Assembly (NCBI GenBank): GCA_903877885.1
Contig: CAIRFN010000011.1
Span: 9,281-73,280, forward strand
Source of the DNA: an uncultured Candidatus Berkelbacteria bacterium
GTDB taxonomy: Bacteria; Patescibacteriota; UBA1384; UBA12157
DNA: 64,000 nt
Direction: 5' to 3'
Shown here: piece by piece, positions 29,688-44,900 of the stretch
How positions within the stretch are numbered: the stretch's first letter is position 1
How the letters are laid out: each line of letters starts with the position of its first letter
The notes under the pieces: model-generated
The model's input: only the letters and a program-made list of their open reading frames with translations
What the model was told of the DNA's origin: nothing
Databases searched by the model: none
Translations under genes and position numbers: made by a program

Positions 29688-29764
29688 TTATCCACAGTTT
29701 ATCCACAGAAAATATTAAATAATCTAAAATTAAACCTGTTGAAAATAGATTCGAATTATCCACA
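29688..29764 (+). promoter_or_regulatory. Three consensus DnaA boxes
   Basis: TTATCCACA at 29688, 29699 and 29756. Confidence 0.7.
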
Positions 29765-29934
29765 TCTATTGCGCGCAATTGGTGCTAATGGTAAGATAAA
29801 TAGAGAGTTAACAAACCTGTTATTAACCAAGAAAAAAGGCGAGCGACCGCATTTTTAGTTAACAAATTACATATTATTTTTTATTACGAAAACACGCTTA
29901 AGCGTGAGTTACAGAAATTAATTAGGATATAAAA

Positions 29935-32900
29935 ATGGCTCAAGGAGAGGGTTCAATTTATCCGGCGCCGACTCATAAACGCGTCAACGAATTAGACGAA
30001 AAACTAATTCAATTACAAAAAAGCACTCGGGCATCTATCCCGGCAATGGTTTGGTTTCATGATACTTTGCGCCAGAAATTTCGCTGGTATTATGCTTGGC
30101 ATATGAATGCTTGGTCAAACGCGGTGCACTGGAGTCTTTTGACCGGCTACACCGTGGCGGCTGTGGTTTTAATGGTGACTTTAGTGGCTAAAGGCCCGGC
30201 TCATCAGATTTTTGCTGCCAGTAAACAATCTTGGGCCACGGCCGATGATTGGAAAAATTGGAAATTGGAAAATTTGGCTGTGACAGCAGACGGTATTCGT
30301 TTAGCTCAAAGATCAGTCCAAGGAATTTCGACCCAAAGAATAGCTCAAGTAGTCGAATCAGCGACGCCAATTATTTCTGCTCCAGCGATCCCAGAAATTT
30401 CAGCTACTCCGTCGGCTAGCGAAATCGCAAGTCCAACTGTCTCGGCGACTGCCAGCCAATCAGCTAGCCCCAGCGCCACTCCGACTGCGACTGAATCGAC
30501 CTTGGCTACTCCAACGCCGTCAACGTTGCCAACCGAATCAACGACTTTTGCTACAACTGGTACAGCGACAATTAGTTTTGATCCTCATGATCAAGAAATT
30601 GTTGATTGGCTCGGTTCAGAAATTTCCGATGAACTAAACGGTGGCCAAATCAAGGTTGAATTTTCGACCGATAATATTTTATGGACTGAAGATGCTAAAA
30701 CTCTAGCCAATTCCAATTCGGCTTATTTGCGTTTAACCTTATCAACGACCGATATTACCACTAGTCCGGTTCTCAAAACCTTTGCCGTCGATTTTTCCCG
30801 ACTGCCAAAAACACCAACCGATCTTAAAGTGTCGGCTGAAACTAGTTTCTTAACTTCTGGCCAAGTTCTTTCGGCTGGCACATTCACTGATCCAGACAAT
30901 GATATTCATCAGGCTTCGGAATGGCAAGTAACTAACCAATCGGGCGAATATACGACTACTTTGGTTGATTCCGGTATTGATACTAAAAATTTGACTACTT
31001 ATACTGTTAGCCGCAAACTGACCGACGGCAATTATTATTTCCGTGTTCGTTATCAAGATTCCACTGGCGCCTGGTCGCCATGGAGCGCGGAATGCGGTTT
31101 TATTGTGGCTGGCAAATCGGTTAGCGTAGTGGGTGACAAACAAATTCCTAAAGACAAAAATGAAATTGTGACCAAGCGAACAGAAACGACTAAAACGATT
31201 GATAATAAAAACGGTACAAAAACTCTAGAATCTTTCAGCGGTATTATTCACTATAAAACAGATTACACTGATCCTAAAGCCCAATGGCTTGATATTAATC
31301 CTGATCATTACGTTGATTTCCCGGATTTTGTTTTGTATGACCAAATGCCTTCGACAGTTAAAGTTTACAAAGATAAAATTGGTTATGAAATTCAATCGCG
31401 CAAAACTGGCGAAAAATATACAGTGGAACTGCAAAATGTTGACGGCACGCCAGCAGTTTCCACAACAACTGGCGCCAACGGTTTAGTCAGTTGGGCAGAC
31501 ATTAATAATTCTAAAGCCAAAATTGAAGCCCAAAACAAATTAATCGGTCAATTTATTAATCCAGTTTTAGCTCAAGATTCGACCGATTCTTCAATTATCG
31601 ATAATGGCAATTTGAAATTTGAATTCCAAATTTCCGAAAATGGAGTCCGACTTTGGAAAACCATTGATGGCGCCGCCGCGCCAAAAAATTTCCAATGGAA
31701 AATCACCAAATCTGGTTCTGGTAATGACTTAAAGTTCCGCGACAACCCAGACGCTTATCAAATCGACGCTAATGGTTTGGCTCAAACTGATCAGAAAGTC
31801 ACCATTGATGCCAAAGTTATCGCCGGGGACAAGAATTCGACTTTCACTTGGCAAGAAACCGCACTAACCTCGGATTTAAAAATCGACACTGATGTCACTT
31901 TTAACCCTGATGCTTCGCCGGAAAATACTTCAGCCGACAGTTATATGTATCAAACCGGGCCGAGTGATTGGTTTGGTATGACTTATAACTATGGTAGCGG
32001 CTACGACAATACGGCCGCCAGCGGTCATTTTGCTGGTTGGTCATCATCGAATAATCAATATGATAATGTTTATCGCAGTATTTTCACCTTTGATACTTCC
32101 TCAATTCCATCTTCAGTCACAGTTAACTCGGCGACTTTCTCGGTTTATGGTACCGGTAAATCCGATGATAATTCCTGGGCGCCAAGCTTAAATGTCTATA
32201 GTTCTAATCCATCATATCCAAACTCTTTGTATTATTATGATTATTACTCCTTTGGTTCGACCGCTTTTGCCACGCCAATTGCTTATGCTAATTACAATAC
32301 TTCCGGTTACAATGATTTTGCTTTAAATAGCACTGGCATTTCGGCAGTTAGCTTGGGCGGAATTACCAAACTTGGTTTACGGACAACGGCTGATGCTGAA
32401 TCTAGTGACCCGGGTGTAGTCAGCGGTAGCACGGCTAATGCTTATTTCGACGGTTATTTTTCCGAGCAAGGAGATGGCTACAGACCAAAATTAGCCGTGA
32501 CTTATGTTGATGCTGGCACTTGCCGTTGGACCGGTTTAGGTACAGACACGAATTGGTCAACTCCGGAAAACTGGTCAGACAATACGGTGCCATCAAGTGT
32601 TTGTAATGTTATTTTCGACAGTACTTCGAGTAAGAATTCCAATATTGATACCAGTTTTGTTGGTTCAACTAAATCAATCAAATTGGATACTGGTTATGCC
32701 GGCGAATTAACTGCTAGCACTAATTTAACTAATAACGGTGACTTTATTTTGAACGCTGGAACTTTTACACCAGGTAGTCAGACGATTAATGTTGGTGGTA
32801 GCTGGACTAATGGCGGCGGCACTTTTAATAAAGGCACCTCGACAATTAATTTAACTGGCACCAATCCTAACACTACAATTCAGACCAATAGCCAACAATT

Positions 32901-35900
32901 TTATAATCTAAATGTAGCTGGTCAAATTGCGAACGATTCATATACTAAGCTTCTCATTCATGCTGATGGAGCAAATAATTCCAACAGCTTTACTGATGAA
33001 TCTGGTCATGCCGTGACAGCAAATGGCGATGCTAAAATTTCGACAACCACAAGTAAATTTGGCGGCTCATCAGCTTATTTTGATGGAAGCGGCGATTCCT
33101 TAAGTATTCCGGCCAGTTCCGATTTTAATATTGATAGTGACTTTACTTTTGACTTTTGGTTCAAATCGAATAGTACGACAAGATATACATCTTTCTTTAG
33201 TAATGAAGGCTCTGGTGGCGGTTGGACTCTTTTAATGAACAATGCCAATGCTTATGCTGGAGATATTGCTTTCTATGGTAATGGTGGTACTCCGGTGCCA
33301 TTAGTGACATCGACTGGTGGATATAATGATGGTAATTTCCACCACGTTGCCTTAGTCAGAAATGGTTCGAATTGGCAAATTTACGTCGACGGTACTTCGC
33401 GAGCATCTGTAACCAATGGCAATAATAATACTGCTGGAACTACTGCCTATATCGGTAATAATCATACATTTGCCAACCGAGATTTTGCTGGATATATGGA
33501 TGAAATTCGTATTTCTAAAGGTATTGCTCGTTGGACTGGTAATTTCTCTGTGCCAACGATTACTTATTTTTCCAGTAAATATACCTTAAGCTCCGATGTG
33601 ACTGTATCTAATAATACAGCTATTTCTGGTGGAACCTTAACTTTGGGAAGTTACAATTTATCAACGAACAATCTTTCTCAAACTGGTGGTATTCTGACGA
33701 ATACGAGCGGTGCAATTTCAGTGGCTGGTGATTTTAATCATACCAGCGGCACAACTACTAATACTGGCACTATTAATTTTACTAGCAATAATTCTCAAGC
33801 GGTTCACTCTGGCGGCGCTAATTTAGGCAATGTTAATTTTAGTGGTAACGGTACTTGGACTTTAGATGATGACGCTAGTTTTAAAGATGTTTCTTTAACC
33901 GGTGGAATTTTAGATTCTAATGGCAGAACTATTCATGTTTCGGGTAACTGGGCTAAAGACCTCGGTAATTTTACTTCAACCGGTTCAATAGTTGATCTAA
34001 ACGGAGCGACTGGATCGACTCAAATTATCAGTGGAGACACAACTTTTCATAACCTAACTTCTACCACCACCGGAACAAATACTCGAACTTTGGAATTTGC
34101 CGATGGCTCAACCCAAACAATTGATGGAACAGTGACATTCACTGGCACGGTTACAAATTATTTAACGTTGCGTTCAGTTAGCAATACGGCTGACTTCCAT
34201 ATTAATCCAAGACTTCATTCAGTTAACTATGTTAATGTTACGCATTCCTATAATGATAATTCCGGCCAAATTATTGATCCAATTTACTATATTAGCGGCG
34301 GTAACAACACCAACTGGTTTTCGGCGCCAACTTTAAGTTCGATTTCGCCAAATAATGCGGCGGTGGGTACAAAAATTACTATTATTGGCACAAATTTTGG
34401 CGGTGTTCAAGGTGCATCGACCGTGACAATTGGCGGAACTTCGGCAACCGTGGCTTCTTGGAGTGCGACTGCGGTTGTAGTCACCGTTCCTTCAGTTTCG
34501 ACTGGCAGTCAAAATGTGGTGGTGACAACTGCTGGCGGCGCTTCTGGTAGTGTTAGTTTATCGGTGATTGGTGGCACAACAAAAAATTGGGATACGAACA
34601 GCGAATTAAGTGGCTTATCACTTTCCAGTCTTGGTTTAAATACAGCTAATAATACTGTTAGCGTTGGTACAACTGGTTCGAGTTATAGTTATTCTAGTAC
34701 GATTGGTACGACAGCTGGCTCGGCCACAAATCAGCTTTATTATCCAAGAGGAGTAACTTTTGATAGTGCTGGTAATATCTGGATTGCTGACTATTATAAT
34801 CAACGGTTGAAAAAATATAATAGCGCTGGTGTTTATCAATCTTCAATTACTGGTATTTATGCTACTCAAGTCGCATTTGATTCATCGGGGAATATTTATG
34901 CTTCTAGTTACTCTAATGGTCTAATCTACAAATATAATAGTAGTGGAACTTATTTGAGCGCAATTGGTTCAGGTTATCTTTCCTCACCTACTGGTCTGGT
35001 TATTGATTCTGCCAATCATATCTTTGTGGCTGATTATGGCGCTAGCCAAGTTTTGGAATTTAACACGTCTGGTACATTACTAGCTACGATTGCCACTAAT
35101 GGTTCAACTAATGGTAAAGTTAGCTATCCAGCTGGTTTAGGCCTTGACGCTAGCGGTAATCTATATGTGGCTGATGGAAGTAATAATCGAATTGAAAAAT
35201 TTGATAATAGTGGTAATTTTATGGCTGTGTTTGGCGGTTATGGCTCTGGTGATGGTCAATTTCAAAATCCAGAAGGGGTTGCAGTTGATAGCGCTGGTTA
35301 TATTTATGTTTCCGACAGTACTAATAATCGAATTCAAAAATTAGATAGCGCTGGAAATTATGTTAGCAAATTTGGTAGTTATGGTACAGGCAATAGTCAA
35401 TTTGAATATCCTTATGGTGTAACATTAGACTCGGCAAATAATCTTTGGGTGGCTGACTGTAATAATCATAAAATTAAAGTTTTTGCGCCAAGCTCGGTGG
35501 CTTATGCTGAATCTGGTTCAGCAGTGGCATCTAGCTATGACTCCGGTTCTTACGGTACAGTTTGGAATAAATTAAGTTGGGCTTATACTTATTTACCGAG
35601 TGGGGCAGCAATTACTGGTAAAATTCGGGTAGCTGATACGACAGCGGGACTAACAACAGCAACCTGGTCAAATTCTGTTTCCAATGGTGGCGCGCCACAA
35701 ATTTCTTCGGCTTCGCCAATCGGTCGTTACGCGCAAATTGAATATGATATTACTTCCAACACGGCTCATACTGATACGCCAATAATTGATTCTTTTGCTG
35801 TTAATTATACTCTGCATGCCGAACCAGTAATCACGGCAATTGCGCCGACTTCGGCTGCGCCTGGCACGAAAATTACTCTGGGTGGATTTAATTTTAGTAC

Positions 35901-38900
35901 TGGCGATACAGTTAAATACGGCACAACCGATGTTTCTTCCTCTGCCCAATTTGGGACTAATTTAGTCACCGCTACTTTGCCTAGTAATGCCACCACTGGT
36001 CAAGCTTGGTCAATTACTAATAGCCATGGTACAGGTTATTCTTCAGCTTATACCGTGACTAGTCAAAAAGATGTTACTTGGGATACCCAATCTGATTTGG
36101 AAGGTAATTCCAATGTGACATATTCTGGGACTCAAGTTCAAGATCATGAAACTGTCAAAATCGGCGGCGGCGATGGTTTTCAATGGTCGGCCACAACCAA
36201 TATCAATGCCACGAATAGTAATATATATATGAATTATCCATTGGCTTACACGGCTGATGATTCTGGTAATATTTACGCTAACGTTTATAATGGCAGTTCC
36301 TATGTTATTCAAAAATTTGCGCCTGACGGCACACCGGTGACAAACTGGTCAGCATCTAGCTATGGTTTGGCTTTCGATCATGCTTCTGGCAAAGTTTTTT
36401 CCCTAAATTATAGTGGTGTTGATAAGTACACGACCGGCGGTAGCTATGACAGTTCTATCAGTTTCTCTGGCGCACCAACTGGTATTAATTATCCAAGTAG
36501 TTTTTTGGTTGATGCTTCAGGTAATATCTATGTTGATGATTATTACTATGATTATGATTCACATTTCTACGTTGATAAATTTAACAGTTCTGGCGTTTGG
36601 CAAGCCAGATTTGCCTACAGTAGTGGCAGCTACGAGTTTTCTAGCTATTCCTACTATATTAATGGATTTGGCGTTGATGCCTCTGGCAACTTATCATTAT
36701 TAGCTAGTGGCAAAGTTTATCAATATGCTCCAACTGGTGGAATGTCGATTACTAACTGGACGCCATCATATAATTTAGGTTCAATTAGTGTAACTTCTAC
36801 TGGTGACGTGATCGGGTTAGACACTTCGAACTATGCGATTCGCGATTATAGTAGTACCGGTACTTTAAAGAGTTCAATCACATCTTTTAATGGTGGTGAT
36901 ACCTTTAACTTTAATTATGGCGAAGTGACTCAACCGTTTATTAGTGCGGCTGGGACAATGTTTGTCTTTGACTTTAGAAACGATTATTCTAACCATTTTG
37001 TCACATTTGTTAATCCAACTTCAGGCACAGTCACAATTACCACTAACGGTCAAAGCGGGGACGCGACAGCAACTAAAACTTGGAAAACAGCCAGCTGGGC
37101 TTATACGGCAATGCCAACTTCGGCCGTGGTTTCAGCTCGAGTTCGTACCGCCGCTGATAATGCTGGCGCTCCAGATACTTGGGGCGATTGGAGCAGTACA
37201 GTTAGCACTAATGGTGGTAATATTCAAACTTCAGGTGATTTTCCAACCGGCGCGTGGGCTCAAATCGAATATACTTTAGCCGCATCGAGTGCCGATAATT
37301 CGCCAATTGTTGATGCTTTCAATGTAAGTTATAATTTGGAATCTTCCGGTCCAGTGGCGCCAACGGTTACAACATCGGCGGCTGGTGATATTACTTCAAT
37401 ATCAGCTAACTTAAATGGTGATATTACTAACACTGGTGGCGAAAACGCGACTGAAGCCGGTTTTGATTATGCGGTTGATTCTTCAACTGGTCATGATTGT
37501 ACTTCGCTTGGGACAACAGCTCAAGCGAAAAATACCAGTAGTTATGGCACTGGCGTGTATCAAATTACTACTGGTTCTAATTTGACCATTGGCACATATT
37601 ATTGCGCTCGTGCTTATGCTACTAATTCGGCCGGAACCGGTCATGGTAGTTATGTCAGTTTTAAAACTTTAGGTCCACAAATTTCCGGAACATATGACGG
37701 CGCTTCTGGCACGGTTAAAGTGGCGGTTAATGGTGTGCTTGATGCTTCTTCAGTAGCGGTTTCTTCTGATTGGACTTTAAATTTAACAACCACTCCAACC
37801 ACTGACCAAGCGATTGTGATTTTTGTGGACTCTCCAGCAACCGGTGAAAATGCTGTCACAGTGACCAAATATGATGGCGCAGATATTGCTAATTTGACCT
37901 TAACTAAAGGCGCGGTAACGATTGGCCAGACCGATCCAACTAGTCAAACTGTGGTTAATAATACTGATATTGGAACTTATACTTCAGCCAATGATAGCGA
38001 TGTAATCACGGCAATTTCTAGTACAGATTTAACTGTAACTGGGAATTTAATCATTAGCGCTGGTGATATTAAATATGCTCTTGACGGCAATACCACAGTT
38101 AGCGGTAACTGGACAAATGCCGGGACTTTTGATGGCGGTCAGTCAACAGTTTATCTAACTGGCGACGCCCATATTTCTGGTAATACAACCTTTAATAATC
38201 TTTCTGCCACAACAGGGGATAAGACAATTTCTTTTGTTGGCGCTTCGACGCAAACGATTACCGGTACTTTAACACTCAAAGGCACCAATAATCATAATCT
38301 GATTTTAACCGGTTTCGGTTCCGGGACTCAATTATGGTCAATCAACCCAACGGCTTGGGATATTGATTATGTCACAGTTAGCTATTCGACTAACCAAGCT
38401 TCCAGTCCGATCAATCCGTCTCACTGGACAAATAGTGGTAATAATACGAACTGGGTCACAGCCGCACCAAGTGGTGTAACTCTAGATACTCCGACAACAA
38501 CCGGTTTTACGGCTCATTGGACTGAATCAATTCAAAACGGCACTGGTTACAAAATTTATGTCACTTATACAATCTCTAATAATGATTGTTCACAAGCTAC
38601 TTATCCTGGTACGCCAACATACACAATTAATAGTTCAGCGACTTTATCAAAATTAGTCACCGGTAGAAATCTAGATACTCAATATTGTGTTATGGTCAAA
38701 GAAACAAGTGCTACGGGAGATTCGGCGCCAGCATATTCTAATCTACTTTATACCTTAGCTAATACACCAAATACACCAACGGTTTCTACGCAATCATCAA
38801 GCGCAATCAAGGTGACGATAGATGCAAACACAAATCGCCCAACTACAACTTATGCCATTAAGGTTGTAAACGGTGCGACAACCAAATATTTAGCTGTTAA

Positions 38901-41900
38901 CGGCACACTTTCCGATACAATAGTTTGGGATACGTTTGCTAATTTTGGTAGTACATCTGGTTTAAATAGTACCGGATTGGCGCCAAACACAACCTATACT
39001 TATTCGGTGGCGGCTAAGAATGGCGACAACGTTACTACTGATTACTCAACTTCTGCTCAAGCGACAACCTTGACGACTCATACTATTACGACTTCAGTAA
39101 CCGGCGCTAATGGTACAATTAGTCCAACTCCAACTGTGACGGTTGACCACGGCACCAGTCAAGATATTACCATCACTCCAAGTTCCGGTTACTATGTTGG
39201 TAGTATTATTGTTGATTCAACCACTCATATTTTAACTGATTTAACTACGCCAAATCCGTATATTTATACTTTTTCCAATATTACCGCCGACCACACAATT
39301 GCCGTTACTTTTGTAGCCAATAATACCAAAGTTTGGGACGGTGAATCTGATTCCAATTGGTCAACGGCGGCTAACTGGACCGGTAACACAGTGCCAACGG
39401 CCACTGATGCAGTCATTTTTGATTCAACTGCGACGACCGCCTCGACCATTGATTCTTCCTTTGCTGGCACAATTGCGGCATTAAATTTAAATTCTGGTTA
39501 TACCAATACTTTGTCAGCGACATCAGGTTTAACTGTCACTGGTGATGTCACTTTGGCGGCTGGGACATTCTCGCCTGGGTCACAAACCATTAGTGTTGGT
39601 GGCAATTGGGATTCATCCGGTGGTACCCTCACGCCTGGCAGTTCAACTATAGATCTAACTGGTACAGGTACACTTAAAACAAAGAACGTTTCTTCTCCAC
39701 CGTATGATTTTTATAATCTAAAATGCGCACACAATACTAAAACCACAACACTCCAAAATGGAGTCCGCATATCAAACTTCGTCTATCTTTATTCTGGTGG
39801 CATCGTCGGTGGCAACTCTCTATATTTATATAAGTCTGATGGTGATCCTGTTGTTAATACCGGGGCGACGATTAATGGCGCGATCCTTTATAGGCCGAGT
39901 GCAGATATAACTGTTGCCGGGCAAGTTACCGCTGGTGACATCTATTACGGATCAGTTACCAATAATGCTACCATCACTTTGTCATCGAATGTTGCTACTA
40001 TTGGCGACATTCATATCAACAGTCAAAATACTGGCAAGTTGGTAACCCTCAACTGCGGTAGTAATTCTATCTCGGCAGTTAATTTGTATTTGGGCGTCGG
40101 ATCACCTGGCGAGTATGATGGGAAGATTAATTTTGGTAGTAGTGCTTCTCATGTAATTTCTGGCAACATTGCTCGTATCGCTGGTGCTGATTCTACAGGT
40201 AATGCAATCGATTTTAATACGGCGACTGTGGCCGTTGGTGGATCGATTAATTTTACTGGCATCACTGTTACTCCTGGCACCTCGACTGTCAATATGACAG
40301 CGACGAGTGGAACCAAAAATATTACTTCAGCCGGACAAAGCTTCAATAACTTCACGATGAATGGAATAGGTGGGACTTTTGCGCCACTGGATGACCTGCG
40401 TGTAGCTGGCAATTTCACTCGCACAAACGGTACTTTTACGCCTGGAAGCAATACTGTTTATCTAACTGGAGCTGCTGGATCCACTCAAGTTATTTCGGGA
40501 TCAACAACGTTTAATAATTTGTCGGCGACCGGAACTTCAGCTCGAACAATTACCTTTACAGCTGGTACGACGCAAACAGTTAGCGGAACATGGACTGCCA
40601 CTGGCGCCAACGGTCAAAACTTAATTTTACAATCATCTTCTACTTCGGCTTGGAATATCAATCCAACAGCTTGGAATGTTAACTATGTGACCGTGAGTTA
40701 TTCAACTAACCAAGCTGCCAGCCCGATTAATCCGGCGCACTGGACTAACTCTGGCAACAATACTAACTGGACAACGGATGCTTCTTGTATCTGGAATGGC
40801 GGCGGCGCTGACAATAATTGGTCAACGGCGGCTAACTGGAATGGTGGCAATGTTCCAACTTCGACTTGCGCGGTTGTTTTCAATAGTTCTTCAGTGACTA
40901 ACTCTGTTATTGACGCTGGTTTTGCTGGCACGATTGCTTCACTATCTCTTAATACCGGCTATGCTTACACTCTTTCGGCTACAGCTGGTTTAACTATCAC
41001 TGGTGATATTACCTTAGTTGCCGGCACATTTGCACCTGGATCACAAACCATTAATGTTGGTGGGTCTTGGACCAACACTGGTGCCACCTTTACCAAAGGC
41101 ACTTCGACTATTAATTTCAATGGTTCTGGTTATCCAACAATTACAACCAACAACCAAGATTTTTACAATGTAACTGTGGCTGGTCAAGGTGGTGCTGAAT
41201 CCAATCTAGCCCATAATTGGAAACTTGATGAGAATACTGGTACTTCCACCAGTGATTCAGTAGGATCATTAAATGGTACTTTGACTGGTAGCGTCTCATG
41301 GATTAGTCCAGGCAAATATAGTAATGCTGTTTCCATGAATGGCAGCGGTCAATATGTCCATTTTGGGAATATTTCAAATACGTCAACAGAGACATATACG
41401 ATGTGGTTTAAGGATAATGGTTCGTATCAAACATCGAGTGGATATATTGGTTCAACTTTGATTAGTCAAGGTCAAACTGGTTGTCAGGGACTCGGTATTT
41501 ATATTGCTACTGGCAATAAAGTTCGCGCCTATGACTGGAATGGCGGCGCACATGATATTATTACAACCGATACCTTTAATGTTGGCGCTTGGAACTTTGT
41601 AGCCTTCACTAGAACTTCCGGTGGCTCTGCTACTATTTCCTTGAATGGTGGTACACCGGTGACTCAATCTGGCTGGTCGAACAACTTCAGTTATTGTGGT
41701 GCCAATTTTAACATTAATCGAATAGTCAACGATAACAACAGTACTTTTAAAGGTCAAATCGATGAAGTTCGTCAATATAATACTATCTTGTCGCCAACAG
41801 CGATTAGTAATCTTTATAATTATAATAACTCTGTTGGTGTCGGCGCGTATTCATTATCTTCGGCTTTGACTGCGACTAATAATTTAACCATGACTTCTGG

Positions 41901-44900
41901 GTCTCTTTCAGCCGGATCAAATAATTTAACTGTCGGAAATTATATTCAAAACAATGGCACTTTTTCAGCGCCAGCCTCAAGTAACTCAATGAATGTTTCT
42001 GGTAACTTTACTAATTCCGGTGGGACTTTTACTCATAATTCCGGCACAGTTAGTTTAACCGGGGCAAGTAGTTCGACTCAAACTATTGCTGGTTCGACAA
42101 CTTTCAATAATTTAACGGCCACGGCCACAGCGGCGCGAACAATTAGTTTCACTAATGGCACAACTCAAACCGTTTCCGGAACATTGACTTTAACTGGTGG
42201 TACTGATTCTGGCCAAGCCAAAAATATTACTTTATCTCGCTCCGGCGCCTCTGGTGTTTGGTCAATCAATCCAACCGCTTGGAATATTGATTATGTGACG
42301 GTTTCTAATTCTACCAATCTAGCTAGTTCGCCAATTGCGCCGGCTCACTGGACTGATGTTAGCGGTAATACTAACTGGGCGCCGGCGGCGCCAGCTGTGA
42401 CAACCGCGACGACAGTCGGGACTAACATTTTTACGACTACAGCCACAGTAAATGGGACAATTACTTCTAAAAATGGCGCCACTATTACTGCTTGTGGTTT
42501 CTTTGTCGGCACGACTCAAGGTAATGCGGTGGAAAAAGATTCGACTAATTGCGACTTGGCTGTGCCGAATGCGATTACTTATAATTTAACCGGATTAACT
42601 GCCAATACTACTTATTCGGTCCGCGCTTTTACTACTAATTCTGGCGGTACTGGCTATGGCAGTTGGCAAACCTTTGCTACTATATCGAACACTCGAACTT
42701 GGGATGGCGGCGGCGCTGACAATAATTGGTCAACGGCGGCCAACTGGAATGGCGATGTGGCGCTTGAAGCTGGTAATGATGTCGTCTTCAATGCAACCAG
42801 TACTAAGGCTTCCTATATCGACGCTAGTTTTGCTGGCACTATTAATTCTCTGTCGGTCAATACGGGCTATACCAATACTATCTCGGCTTATCGTTCATTG
42901 ACGGCGACAGGTGATATTACTTTAAACGCTGGTACCTTGGCTCATGCTGATAATTCGATTGCTCAAACCTATTATCTCGATATCACGGCCGCCAATATTA
43001 CTATTAATTCTGGCGGTAAAATTGATGTTACCGGACTTGGCTTTGACGGCGGTTCGTCTGGCAGCGGTGGCTATGGTAATGGCGGCGGTACGGTTAGTGG
43101 TACCTATGGCGGCGGCGGCGGTTTCGGTGGTAATGGTGGTAACACTTCAGCTGGCGGCGGCGGTGGTGCAGCCAATGGTAGTATTACAAATCCAGCAAGC
43201 CTCGGTTCTGGCGGCGCCAGTACAACAGGTTGTAGCGGCCAGGCTGGTGGCTCTGGTGGTGGTTATGTCAAATTGACAGTTTCAAATACTTTAAATCTCA
43301 ATAGCGGCTATGTCTATGCTGATGGTAACATCTCTGGTACTAACTGTGCTGGAGCTGGTTCGGGTGGCACTATAAATATCAGTGCTGGCACGATTGCTGG
43401 TAATGGTGCAATCAAAGCTTTTGGCGGTGCCAGCCAGGGTAATTATGGTGGCGGTGGCTCTGGTGGACGGGTTGCGATTGCTTATACAACTAGCAGTTAT
43501 TCCGGGACGATTTCGACTTATGGTGGCGCTGGTAGCGGTAGTGGCGGAGTGGCTGGTGGTGCGGGAACTCAATACACAAAAGATAATGGCCAAAGTTATG
43601 GCAACTTGACGATCAATAATGCTTCGACCACGGTTGGAGCGATCACAACAATTAGTACCGCTCTTGGTATGCCGGCGACATTAAATAGTTTAATTATTAG
43701 TGGAGCGACTAATATTACTCAATCAGATAATTTGACGGTAAATACCGACGGTACTTTTACGATCACAACTTACATTCAGAACGGTACTTTGACAGCCAAT
43801 AGTTTGACCACATTGACAGTAAATAGCGCTTTTTATCAGAATGCGGCTTTGAGCATGACAGGACTTACGACAGTAACATTGGCGGGAACGCTGCAATTAA
43901 CGAATAATACTAATCTAGGAACTGGCGCCAGTATTACCATTAATTCCGGTGGAAATTTGACTCACGCCGATAATTCAACAGCGCAGACAAATTACATTGA
44001 TATTTCGGCGGCAAATATTACTGTCAATTCCGGTGGGAAAATGGATGTTTCTGGGCTTGGTTTTGATGGCGGAGGAGCAGGACTATCCGGTTATGGCAAT
44101 GGTACTGGAACTGTTAGCGGTACCTATGGTGGCGGTGGTGGCAATGGTGGAAATGGTGGCAACACTTCAGCTGGCGGTGGCGGCGGCGGGGCAAATGATA
44201 GTATCACAAATCCGGCCAGTCTTGGCTCTGGTGGCGCCGGCATATCGGCTTGTGGTAATCGGACTGGCGGCTCCGGCGGCGGCTATGTTAAATTGACTGT
44301 CTCGGGAACTTTGAATCTCAATTCCGGTTATATATATGCTGATGGCAATGATGCTGGCGGCAACTGCGCCGGGGCTGGTTCTGGCGGAACTATCAATATT
44401 AGTGCTGGCACAGTCACCGGTAACGGTGCAATCAAAGCCTTCGGTGGCGCTGGTGGTGGCGGCGGTAACTATGGTGGTGGCGGCGGTGGCGGCCGAGTGG
44501 CAATTACTTATACGACCAGTACTTACTCCGGTACAATTTCGACTTATGGCGGTGCCGGTGGTAATAACGGCGGAGTGGCTGGTGGAGCTGGAACACAATA
44601 CAAAAAAGACAATGCTTTAAGTTACGGTGATTTAACAATTGATAATAGCCCGACTGCGGCCGGGGCCAAGACTCCATTGCTAGCTACGACTACTTCCATC
44701 AATACGTTGACCAACCAAAACAATGCCAATCTTGATTTAAATGGCAAAACATTGGAAGTTGCCAAAAACTTTACTAATACTGCTACTTTCACAAGTAATT
44801 CCGGCACAGTTAGCTTTATTGATGCGACTCAAACTTCGATTATTTCTGGAACAAATAGTTTCTATAATTTAAGTTCAACAATAAATGATAAAGCGATCGC

